From Phoronis australis (taxonomy: Eukaryota; Animalia; Phoronida), in contig NMRA01000423.1 of assembly GCA_002633005.1 (NCBI GenBank), positions 271,642 to 335,641 on the forward strand: a stretch of DNA of 64,000 nt, written 5' to 3'. This document shows, in pieces, positions 1 through 14,500 of this stretch. The notes beneath the pieces were generated by a model. It saw only the letters and a list, made by a program, of their open reading frames with translations. It did not search any database and was not told where the DNA came from. Position 1 is the first letter of the stretch, and each line of letters starts with the position of its first letter. The translations under genes were made by a program, and so were the position numbers.

Positions 1-50
1 CTCTACTGGATCTGTAACATTTACTTCTGTTTTGTATTCTGTCCATGTAG

Positions 51-2560
<2,510 letters not shown>

Positions 2561-2734
2561 GGCTCAACCTGTTATTAATTTCATGAAGAATTGGGATACC
2601 GATTCAACCTGGTAGTAATGAAAGTGTTATATAATGACTCGGCTAGGTATGGGCATGATGAAAACAATTTGACGGAGGTTCAGTTGTCTGTGAGCTTGGT
2701 GAAAAGTGTTGGTGACTCAAGTAGGGGTTGGTAA

Positions 2735-4324
2735 TTAACTGCTGGCTTCATTAGTTGTGAGTACATGGTGTGAGATTTGAGGGGACACTATCGTTTTTTC
2801 AGCTGAAAACACATTTTTGGAATCATTGCTGGGTGAGATAGACTCCTTTATAAGTTCTTAGCTTTGACCAGAATTATTAAATAGCAGAATGCGTGCTGCT
2901 TTTCTGGCTTCATCGCATATCGCCAACTCTCACCGTTGTGTGTCAGTCAGTTGTGGCTTGTGACTTTACCAGACTAGTACGCTTTGAGACACTGACATTT
3001 TTCAACTGGGATTTATCTCCATCAACAGAGTATTGACCGCAGGGGTTAAAGGCTCTAATCCACGTGGAGGCAGATCTCAGAAAATCTCTTTTCTCGCCGA
3101 TAATGTCTCTTTCATAGCACCTAAGTTAAAGAATGTTTAATTAATAGATGGCTTACTTTGGTGTGAGCGCATAGATGAAGACTCATCGGGTTGAAAGTTT
3201 CCTCTGTTTCATCATTTGTTATATTAGCAATAAGATTGTGGAATGAATGTGCGGTTGAGACTTAATTGTGGGCATATGTCAACTGATGAGGGTTCTATTA
3301 GCGGGTAGCTTTAGAAGGGATTCACTGTGGCTTATTGTGGTTTTAAAGTTGCACAAATTACCAAATTGACAGACTTCTTAGAACTTGAGACAGAACAAGT
3401 TGCAAGTTTGCATAATTCCACAAAAGCTCAGTGACTTGATTCTGATAGGCATTGTTGGTCGTTCAGCGAGTCGTCAGCTTCCATATGCTTTACTAGATCT
3501 AGGTCACTGAACTATATANTTAACTGCTGGCTTCATTAGTTGTGAGTACATGGTGTGAGATTTGAGGGGACACTATCATTTTTTCAGCTGAAAACACATT
3601 TTTGGAATCATTGCTGGGTGAGATAGACTCCTTTATAAGTTCTTAGCTTTGACCAGAATTATTAAATAGCAGAATGCGTGCTGTTTTTCTGGCTTCATCG
3701 CATATCGCCAACTCTCACCGTTGTGTGTCAGTCAGTTGTGGCTTGTGACTTTACCAGACTAGTACGCTTTGAGACACTGACATTTTTCAACTGGGATTTA
3801 TCTCCATCAACAGAGTATTAGACTGTGACCGCAGGGGTTGCAGGCTCTAATCCAGGTGGAGGCAGATCTCAGAAAATCTCTTTTCTCGGCGATAATGTCT
3901 CTTTCATAGCACCTAAGTTAAAGAATGTTTAATTAATAGATGGCTTACTTTGGTGTGAGCGCATAGATGGAGACTCATCGGGTTGAAAGTTTCCTCTGTT
4001 TCATCATTTGTTATATTAGCAATAAGATTGTGGAATGAATGTGCGGTTGAGACGTAATTGTGGGCATATGTCAACTGATGAGGGTTCTATTAGCGGGTAG
4101 CTTTAGAAGGGATTCACTGTGGCTTATTGTGGTTTTAAAGTTGCACAAATTACCAAATTGACAGAAAATCAGTTTGTGACTTCTTAGAACTTGAGACAGA
4201 ACAAGTTGCAAGTTTGCATGATTCCACAAAAGCTCAGTGACTTGATTCTGATAGGCATTGTTGGTCGTCCAGCTAGTCGTCAGCTTCCATATGCTTTACT
4301 AGATCTAGGTCACTGAACTATATA
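2735..4324. repeat. ~790 bp near-identical direct duplication (2735-3518 and 3520-4324) joined at a single N; probable uncollapsed haplotype overlap
   Basis: Copies differ by scattered SNPs and two short indels; the junction is exactly the N at 3519. Confidence 0.85.
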
Positions 4325-4810
4325 AATTATAGACATGCATAATTAAAGAATTTGGAGGCAAATCACCAGTAGTAATACCATTTCAAATGCTGCCTCCCAT
4401 CTTGCTGTGATAATGTTGTGCCAGACTGGTGTTTAAGAGTTGGTGCCATAGGAATTGATGATAAAGCTTATTTTTAAAACAGTAGTTGGTGATAATAGTT
4501 GTAAGGTGTCTCTTCAGATGAATAAGGAAATTATTTTGTGCTTGACTGTAAGATGTCTGGTCAGCCTTCTGAAGATTGGCAGATCAGGGTTCTTTACAAA
4601 AGAAGGTTAAGTTCTGACGTGGTTGAGCTTTGTTCAGGCATGGCATATTAATTGGTCAGAGTTTGATCAATGAAGCAGTGTTATGACTGCTTGAACTAGC
4701 CATATAATTTTTATGAGATGCCTTTGTAATGGCCGTCTTGTTGTAATTAGCTGATGTTCCATCGTCTTGGTAGTCTGATCTGCCATGAGGTAAAAATTCG
4801 TGCATGTGGT

Positions 4811-4880
4811 TTAACTCATTCGCCCCTATTCACCATATGGTAAATATAGTTTTTGGTCTCCCTGACAGGGAATGAGTTAA
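4811..4880. mobile_element. Tiny TTAA-flanked inverted-repeat element (MITE relic)
   Basis: TTAA-CTCATTC ... GAATGAG-TTAA. Confidence 0.4.
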
Positions 4881-7360
4881 ATGAATACCAATTTCTTCAC
4901 CAAACTAAGTTCATGTGCAGTAGCATGTTTGAGCTTTCCAAAAGGCAGAATATCCTCGAAATAGCCAATCAGACTACTGGATTTTGTCATGTGTCTTGTT
5001 AGAACTGCCTTGTCCACTAAATGTTGTGCTTCTTAAATTGGGTTGTGAAGACTTAATAAGTTAGTGAGTCTCTGTGATATATATACTGCATAAACAAGAT
5101 AATATTGTATAAATATGGCCAGATTGTTAACTGTGAAAATGCATTTTATGGTAGAATAAGCCAGTTTCAGACAAAATCAAAGCCAAAATGTGCTGGCTTT
5201 ATTTTTATTTTCATTTTTCCGGGGTGCTGAATGCCAGCAGTTTTTCAAAACTGTTTGTTGGTAACTATGGTACAAAATTTGAGCATAAATTAGGTGCTGC
5301 ATTCTAGTATGCTAGATGGAAAGAATGAAAAAAATAAATTTCACTTGCCGGCCACATTGTGTCCTCAATTGGGGAAGCTTTACCATAACCCGAAAAAATG
5401 CAATTCTTAAATGTTTGGAGGCTGGATTACTTATGTTTGATTATCCAGGTGGTGGATACTTGTACACTGGTGTATAATAAGTTTGTTCACAGTATTTTTG
5501 TAAGAATGTTAGCGTTGAATAAATTAATGTCTTTCACCTTCTTAATATGCAGACAAAAGTTATGCACGTGCATCCCTGGCTTCGCAAAAATGATTCATAG
5601 AATAATCAGAATTTGTACGTGGTACAGCGTTGTTTATTCAATCCACAGTACCCGAAACGTTCACGTTTTGACATCATACTCTACTTTAAAAATTCTTCAG
5701 TTTGAAACACAGTGTGGCAGACAGGTGAAATTTCATTTTGTCAAATTTGTCTACAAAAATGACTTTTCAATGAAGTTCAGTTTATCATCCTCAAGGAGTG
5801 TATCAAAGCACAAGAAACAGGGTCACTAGTAATAAAATCAACTGAACAAAAACTCACTGGTAAAGCATGTTCTACTTGGCTATTTTCAAACATTTGATAT
5901 CTTGAGCATTTGAAACAATATGCAAGCCTCTGTATTGCAATTTGTTCCAAATTGAAGAATTTATACCAGAAGGTTTTGCTGCGTGTGCCAAAACTAATTT
6001 AAAGTACTTTTAGCCGTTTTGTGCAAACATTAAATTTTCAATCTCATTCTCTTGTGGTCAGTAGGAGTCACGTGACTTATTGATATTGATCAGTTGAAAT
6101 AACTCTTCTAGTGGTGATTTTGGTTATCAAAGACAAAACTCATGAATCAAATCACTTGTTGTAAGTTATGAAATGGGATTCATCTTGTTCATTTAAAGGA
6201 CAATGACCTCAGACACACCCCATCAAAAATCAACTTATAATGGAGACCTTTTACTGTAACTGGACTCATTTTAAATTCTTACTCAGATTTCCATGGAAAT
6301 TTCTTGGCTTGAGAAGAACTGATGTATCGTTGTCTTAGACTATGCCTGTTTAGTACCCTGTCATGAGTGGTTAGTATGCTGCCCTGGCATTATGGATGTG
6401 GGGGAATTTCAGGCGAGAAGACATAATTTCAATTTAAGTAAAAGATATTAGGTACATGATGACGTTGCTTTGGCAAAGCAAATATGCCAGTAAAGAAACT
6501 CTAAACACCAGGGTGTGGTTTATGGTGGTTTTAACAAAAAGTTAGCTGTGATTTCTGAGTTTCTTTGCCTGGTTGCATGAAGGGACTAACCTAAATCTTT
6601 GCTTATTTGTTTCGTTCGTAACTCAAATAATGATGTACTATTTTTCTATCATTTAAGCTCTTATTTGACTAATGACATTTTATAATTATGTAACTAAAAA
6701 CTGACTGAGTTAGAACAACTAGGGACTTAGTCCTTAAATTGAGGGCATTGCATGAAAAGGTCCCTTCGTATTTTCAATAATACTGAGAATTCGATGTAGA
6801 ATTCACTCTCTATTTTTATCAAAGCCAAAAATTGGCTCTAACAGTGTAAGAGCAATTGGTGTTCTCACAAGCCCACAACTACGCAGTATATTTAGGGAAC
6901 TCGATCGAGTCTCTATTTGGAACTGCTTCATGAAACCAGACACAGATGTACAGTACTAGGAGTAAAGTCAATATAGTCACCACATGTATACAGATTACAG
7001 TTCATTTTTGTGCAGAGTAAGTGAGGGATTGCCATAATACTAAATGACCAGTGATTGCAAAGATATGCACTTTTGTCTAGCAGCTTTGCTCTTAAGCAAT
7101 ATTGTGTAAATGTTATGTTAGGCTGAAATTTATAAAGACAAAAGATGTAACTTTGTATCAAACAAAGTTCCTATCAGTGTGTCTGTTTTTAGTATTGTAA
7201 GGGTTATATGCTTATGTTGCTGTTAATTTTCAATGTGACACTTGATGCTAAAACAGAACAAATGGACATTTGGATGTGAAGATACCATCTGACATGTTAT
7301 TCTTAAAGTTGATCACAAATCATGATTTTGTAATCCATGTGATTTTAAAGAACTTTTCAG

Positions 7361-7366
7361 AATAAA
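7361..7366 (+). promoter_or_regulatory. Candidate polyadenylation signal of NBEAL
   Basis: AATAAA located about where strand composition switches from T/G-rich to A/C-rich between the two convergent genes. Confidence 0.35.
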
Positions 7367-7394
7367 GTTGATTATCACAGTAACAAGAGCTTTT

Positions 7395-7482
7395 CAAAAA
7401 CAAATTTTCAATTACAGCATGTCTAAAAACAAATTTTCAATTACAGCATGTCTAAAAACAAATTTTCAATTACAGCATGTCT
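7395..7482. repeat. Tandem repeat, ~29-30 bp x3
   Basis: (aaaaacaaattttcaattacagcatgtct)3. Confidence 0.9.
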
Positions 7483-8501
7483 GATCTTCATTTTACTCGG
7501 ACAGATTCAAATGTTCTAGTTTTTTAACTTGGCCCTTTCCAGTAAGCCAGTATTTCACTACCAATTTTCACTCAAATAATACGTATTGAATTGAATACAA
7601 ATCAACACCAACAGACCAGTTTCGTTGTTAAAATTGCTATCAATTTTAAAAAGTTGGATTTTGCTTGTTTCACAGTTAGGCGCATACATTTAATTGTCCC
7701 TTTAATGAAGGCGACTTACAGACAGAAATTAGGCCTTATACTCCCATGTCACATCACATATTCTGCACTTTTGGTCAAGTGAGACTTCATTATTTTTCAG
7801 TAAAAGTTATGTAGACCGCCACACCAAATTTCTGTCTCAAGTCATTTTTCATGAAACAGACCTCAAGATATAAGCACAGTTTCACATATCAGTGTGTTAA
7901 CCTAAAGACACACACATCCAGAACAAACTTTCAAGTGATGAACTAGTATGGTTAAAATAATTTATTAAGACAATCAACAATAAACAATACAATGGAGGTT
8001 GTTTTTTCTTTCAAGTCACACCTTTTGAACATTTTGCGCTGATTCTTCAATATTACTCGGCAATTATTAACACTTAACATACACAGGGTGATAAAAAATA
8101 CACAACTCCATTGTTTGGGGATCAGACAGTTTGCCTGACTTGCAGTGTCTCGCACCAGACTGGAATATAAAGTTCGGCCAACTTCGTTATTCCACCCTGA
8201 CGGCTTAACAGACTGCTGCTATGACTTGAAATTTGTGAAATTATCATAACAGCAGTTTTGTGGGTTAAAATTGACAGAAATTGAAAATCATCTTGCTTCA
8301 TAGGAGTTATAATAAAACCCAGATTAGAAATTATACAGTCATTTTACAATAAGTTGAAATTTTCACTCCATGATTTTGTCAATTTTCAAAGTAAGAGACA
8401 AAAAGTTGTCAAATTTCAATTAACTATAATTGTACCAGAATATTGTAAAGTACAGACATTTGCCTATCACAGTGAATTTATATTATCCAAAGCCTGCATC
8501 A

Positions 8502-8592
8502 TCATGCTTTGGGTAGCATGTTCATGTATTTTGCAATGATTGACAGCATGACTTCATCAGCTCCGCCTCCTATGGAAACCAGGCGCAGGTCT
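8502..8592 (-). CDS. ACAD terminal coding exon
   Basis: DLRLVSIGGGADEVMLSIIAKYMNMLPKA-stop; acceptor tttcag. Confidence 0.95.
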
Positions 8593-11500
8593 CTGAAAAT
8601 GAATGGTCACATTACGAGTCAATTACAGTCTACAGTGGAAGTGGTTATCATTTTCACAACACGAATTTGACATTCTTTTAAGAATGTGTCTTAAAGATAC
8701 GCTACTACTTTGAATAGACAATAAAAAAACACTAAAATTAAAATTTCTCATTTTCCCGAAACATAGTTTTGTAGGCTTGCTATCAAAATGACAGTATTCC
8801 CAATTCATTTCACAATAAGACTAAAACTAGCGTTTCATACAAAATAACTGAATAAAGTATTTACATCTCTTACTGAAACTGGTCCCAAATTGTTCCTCAC
8901 TGGGCTTGAATAAAACTAACAGTATGTTATTGCTCAAAAGATCCTCCGCACATAAAACAACCCATGTTGAGAAGCCACATAGTCAAACCTGGTCTCAACC
9001 AATAACAGTTACTGTCAGTTTTTTCCAAACTCTGAAATAACCTCACGAATCAAGTAAAGTGAACAAGTTGAGACCAATAACTTAATGGTTAAAGCCAACA
9101 TAAAGTTTTTGAAGGAAGCTGAGATTACAGCGGCTTAAACTATATTTTAGCGCTGTAGACACCAGCCTCGTGACAACTCACCTGTATAGACGACTGACTA
9201 ACACTTCATTGGTGAAGCCCATCCCTCCCCAGAACTGTAGACAACTATCAGTCACCTCACGACTCAAGCGCCCCACTTTCAGTTTACACATAGATGCTAG
9301 TTTAGTAACATCTTCACCTTGCACATATAAAGCTGGAAGCAACGATATCAAAACCAATTACATAGCATACTAGAAACAGTAAACACTACATAACAGCAAA
9401 TGTTATTTGTCCATCCAAATAGTGTAAATGCGTGCAGCAGTTTTCTCCAACTGTTTAACAATGCTGCCTTTATCAATGAAAGTCACAGTGTAGTTTTGCT
9501 CATACTTAGAAGAAACGTCTGACTCAGTAAACTATGGTATTGTCATGTTACAGTAACATTGTATGATTGGTCTGGTAAGTAAGTTCCAGCATTTGTAGTT
9601 TAACGTACCACTGGGATTATAATTGTAAACGAACACCTTAAATTTTAAAGTTCCATCAAAAACAGTAGAAATTTAGACAGGTCTGCCTGCATACTGATGT
9701 CTTTTGATGTTTCAAGCATTTAGCATAGTTTGTTCACCAACTTAGTCCTACTATAGGCTATGGTAACACTGTTTTCCAGAGGAACATAGAATCCCTAGGT
9801 CACAGACACTCGGTAAAGTTCCTTACCAACAGTTCTGTAGAGTAATGATCGCAGTAACTCCACCTCAGTCTCCAATTCAGCCAATCGGAAGTGAACCGTT
9901 TGATAGTCTAAAATGGACTGGCCAAATATTTTTCTTTCACGGCAATACTCGGCTGTTTGCTGTATTAGGTTGGTCAGAGGCTGAAGACCTGCAATATAAC
10001 AGTTGCTGTAATATGTACTGTAGTCAGGCAATATTCAGTTGACTTGTGTATTGTATCAAATCTATCAACGGCAAAACCATGCTACAAAATGGTAAATGTA
10101 TAGTCAATGTGTCACGGCAATAAACAGTTATCAAAACCTCCACCACAATGCTATCAGTAAGACAAACTAATATTAGCATTTCACTCAAGGATTAAATATT
10201 TCAAGGAACAGTTTTTAGAAAAAAATCAAGAATGCCTCAAAGGCATCTTCTAGTTTCAGCAAATGAAGGAAACGAGAGAAACTTCACTTGCACTGAAGTT
10301 AACAACTGTTCAAGAACAAAATGACATTTGAAGCAAAAATAATGTTGGAGACACATGATGCAATGAAGAGGAAATGGTAGATAATCATGATAAAACACAA
10401 TAATTGAATACAGCAATTAACCAACAGTGGTATTGTGATTAAGGCACAGGTTTACCAAGACTCAATTATAATGTAGGTTGTGCATCTCTAGTGCCTCAAC
10501 TCAGCTGTTGAGTATACAGCAGTCACATTTGTGGCGGATTTCACCAAGAAGTGTGTAACATATAACTTCTAACTTTAGCAAAGAAGGAAATTTCATCTAC
10601 TGGACAACAAACCATTTGCCTTAACATGGAGTTAGGGTCAATTCATTCAACTGCTGCCAGCTCACCTAATGCACAAGCTAACATTCTCTCTTCCTGGAAC
10701 TGCAACATCTGATATGTGAATCCCATCCCCTCTTGGCCAACGATGTGAGAGGCAGGTACACGGACATTCTCAAAATACAGTTGAGCAGTGTCAGATGACC
10801 GCATACCCATCTTGTCAATCTTTTTTGCAAAAGTGATACCTGAAATATAAGTAGATAGGGAGACAATAATTTATTGTTAATACTTAGAGCTATGCTTTTC
10901 ATGCGACTAGACAGTTCGGTTGGGTGTAAAATGACTCAATGAGGGAGAGATGAAGGGGGAAGGGGGGAGGGAAAGAGAGAGGGAAGGAGGCCACGTTAAG
11001 TTGTACTGTACATGCTGTTATTCCACTCCATAGAAATTTTTCACATCGCTGTCAGAAGGAATGCATTACGAGGACACACCATTGCTCAGTTTGGAGATCT
11101 TCAAAGAGTTTGAGAACCACATCACTTTTGCCGCGCCGACATGTTAACAGAGATAACACTTCCATCTCTAAACACAGACGGTCACCGCTTGATTCCCAGC
11201 GTATCCACCTTAGTCCCAGTGTATCCACATTAGTCTCAGCGTATCCACCTTCAGTAATATTCAATACCAAAAACTCTAATCTTTGGATTAGGGGCTTCTA
11301 TGATTAAACTTAATCAACAAATGACCTGTGATTTGCTTGGACACAAACAGCGATAATCACCCAGCCCCATATCATGGGGTTCTCTTTCCGTAACAGTGAA
11401 TGTTTAGTTAACCAGAACCATCTACATGGCCTGATTGCATATCATTCTGATTCAGTTCTAAGACATGTGCACGTATTACAGTATGCAGTTTGATTGGATG

Positions 11501-14500
11501 GATTTTGGTGTAACCAAATAGTGTGTTTTCTGCTGTTATGTTGGGATCTTCCTCAAAATCTTAATTCATAAACACTTTGTCCATTTCCAGGCTCCGCAAA
11601 ACACAATTAAGGAAAACATTAGGACATCTTAAGAATTCAGTATTTTCAAAACAATCTGTCTGCTAAACTTTGGCAAAATAGGTAAAGAAATCAACAGAAA
11701 ACTTTACAAATAAATCGCTAAATAATGGGGTGAAAACCATTGCCGAAATAAACTGTCAGTTTTAGACAAGATATTCATTTGTAAACTACTGATATCGGAG
11801 TTACTCCCAGAGTAAGTGCATTTCTAGGCAAATTCATAGATTCATCTCACCTGGTAAGTCCATGGGCACACATATGAGTGACTTGTTCTTATGTGGAGGT
11901 CCTTTACTGGTGTTAGCTAGCATACACATCCAGTCAGCTTGGAAAGCATTTGTAATCCACATCTTGCCTCCGTTGATGACCAGGTCATCGCCATCACGCA
12001 CGGCTGTTGTCTTCACACCTGTAGCAAGTCAAAAGATGATAACAAATACAATAGCGACCTCTTCTGGTAAAGCCACTGTTACAAATACACACACCGTTGT
12101 TTTGTAACAATACACGAACCATTTCAGTGTAAAAATTTTAGACAAAAACATATGATAACCATAATGCTGAATCAATATACTAAAATTAAGAAAAACACTG
12201 TTTTAATTGGATCAATTCGCCGTTGAGCATGACATTCAGGGGCTAGTTGTAGGGATGCTATGCTACGCATGGCCACCACCATGTACCACCAATGATTAAA
12301 GGGCATCAACGTGTGGGATACTTTCCTAAAAATGAGCCTCAAAAACATACACAAAAAGTAACCAACAGCACGATCTACACAAGAGCCCATTTTCCTTGAA
12401 ATTATGGAAAATATCCTCTGAAATTTGCATAAATACAGTCAGAAATCAATGGATGACTTAAAATTCACAGGGTGCCACTAGTGAGGCATGTGTCAAACTT
12501 GTAGAAATGCATGCATGTAAAACTATTCACTTAGTCACATGGTGGAGAACTGCTCCGCAATCTCAATCTATTCAAGTTTCAAAAAGACCAACCTTTATTC
12601 ATCAGCACCACCTAGTGAATAACATGTTGACTAATGATAAATGTGGAGAAATGTCATAACAGTTGTGCATAGCTCAAAATAATAAGTTCATATATTTTTA
12701 TAACAACTGCAATCCTCCAGAGTAACATTATTCCACATGACCTCTGAACTCACTTGCGACATCTGATCCTCCTCCTACTTCACTGACACCAAGACATGAC
12801 ACATACTGCCCCCTGATGGTAGGCTCTAGAAACTCTTTCTTCAGCTGGTCACTACCAAACCTGGATAAGACAACGATAGCACAAAAATCAACAAGCTCAT
12901 CAACTTATGGTCAACCCAAGATTCCAGTTTGTCTTTCATGTTTTCAGATTCCTTCTTGTCAACACCCAGGGCATTTAAATTGAGAAACCAAAAACTCAAA
13001 CAGTTTATCTTAATCCAAGCACGACATAAAAATTCATGAACATTCAAGAGCAAACTACTAAAAAACTCAGGCATGGGCGTTTAGGCGAATGTGAGCATTG
13101 ACCCAAATGGGTAAAGCAGTTACTTGTTACCACAAATACCACACTACAGAGTGTGTCCCAGATTCCCAGTCTATAGATCATCAATACCCAGTACTACATC
13201 CTTAGCCAGGAGTGGGGTAACATTGTCAGTGTGTCCTCCAATAGTCACTGATACAACACTACAGAAAAGTACATACAAGTATATTCAAGATTTAACTACA
13301 AAAGGGTTGGGTTAGCCACGTCAATCTGAATTCTTAGTCATTGCTACTCTACCACATAAAATATCTATGAATCAACATTTCAAGGATATCCTACATACTT
13401 GGCCAAGGCAGGAGTAGCCATGTCAGTCTGAACTCCAACAGCCATTGGAATAGCCCCACAATTAATGTGTCCCAATGTTTCTGCGACTGCAATGCCATAG
13501 GTATAGTCAAGGCCCAGTCCACCGTATTCTGAAATCATAAAACCAAATGACGAATATAAACCTGAACAGAAACAAGGCTGTGGACACGGGAGGAGTGCTA
13601 AACAGGTAAAACCCAGCGAAGTATGCCACATGAGTGTTGAGCCCCTCCCATCATCAAAAAATTTTGGTTGTTCCCCTGACCACTGACAACATGTGTTGTG
13701 AGAAGATTTGGCCCTCGATTTGAGCATGACCCCAAGGATGACTTTTGTTTGTAATGACTGCTGGCCATCATCCTGGGTGTTTTCCAACTTTTCATTACAA
13801 AGTGCTCCCAGTTCACTGCGCGTTTCTTCTCCACCCAACAATTTTGAATGTCTTTTCTATTGAATACGCCAGGCTGCTACCAGTACAGACAACTGGGTTG
13901 TGCAGTAGGTGTAACACAAGTAAGAAGAAGAGAGCAAGACGATTTTCCAATACCACAACATCGTACTACATTCTGATGCTCCCTTCCTAGTCTGACGTAC
14001 ATTAACAACAAAGTATCTGCAGAAGGCAGAGCGTAGCCTGTGCAGTAGCCTACAGCTGCAGACGACAGCGGCACCAGGACAGCGATCGACTTGTCTTCCA
14101 ACTGTGTACAGAACAGACAATGTATTATACTACTGAATAACAAATAATCCTTACATTTCTGGATCCTTAGGAAACTTAAAAACAGCACCTCTGGGGTTTC
14201 CATGGATGAATTAGTGCAATTTATCACACTGCAAAATGCGCGCTTCCCTATTGTTCTCGCGATTCGAACTTGACCACTGCTTATTCACCACTTAGTGACG
14301 CTAGTGGTAGCGGTAACAGCGAACTCACAAGGGGAACTTTCCTATTGTACTACAGTCCTTTGTAATATGAACTAAACTAAGTTGCTCATTCTTAGCATAT
14401 TGTAGCATAGGTGGCATTTGGCATCGCGACTTACACAGTGCCATCCACACACAGACATTCCCTTACAATTTACTGTTAGAACGTCAAGTTGTAACTAGAT

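Noticed and set aside
2735-4324. Real tandem duplication in the NBEAL 3' UTR
   Set aside because: Copies meet exactly at a single N and differ like alleles; best explained as uncollapsed haplotypes. Half read depth on each copy would confirm this.
5398-5829. 143-aa ORF as a separate gene
   Set aside because: No recognisable motif, AT-rich UTR-like composition, and it lies within the likely NBEAL 3' UTR.
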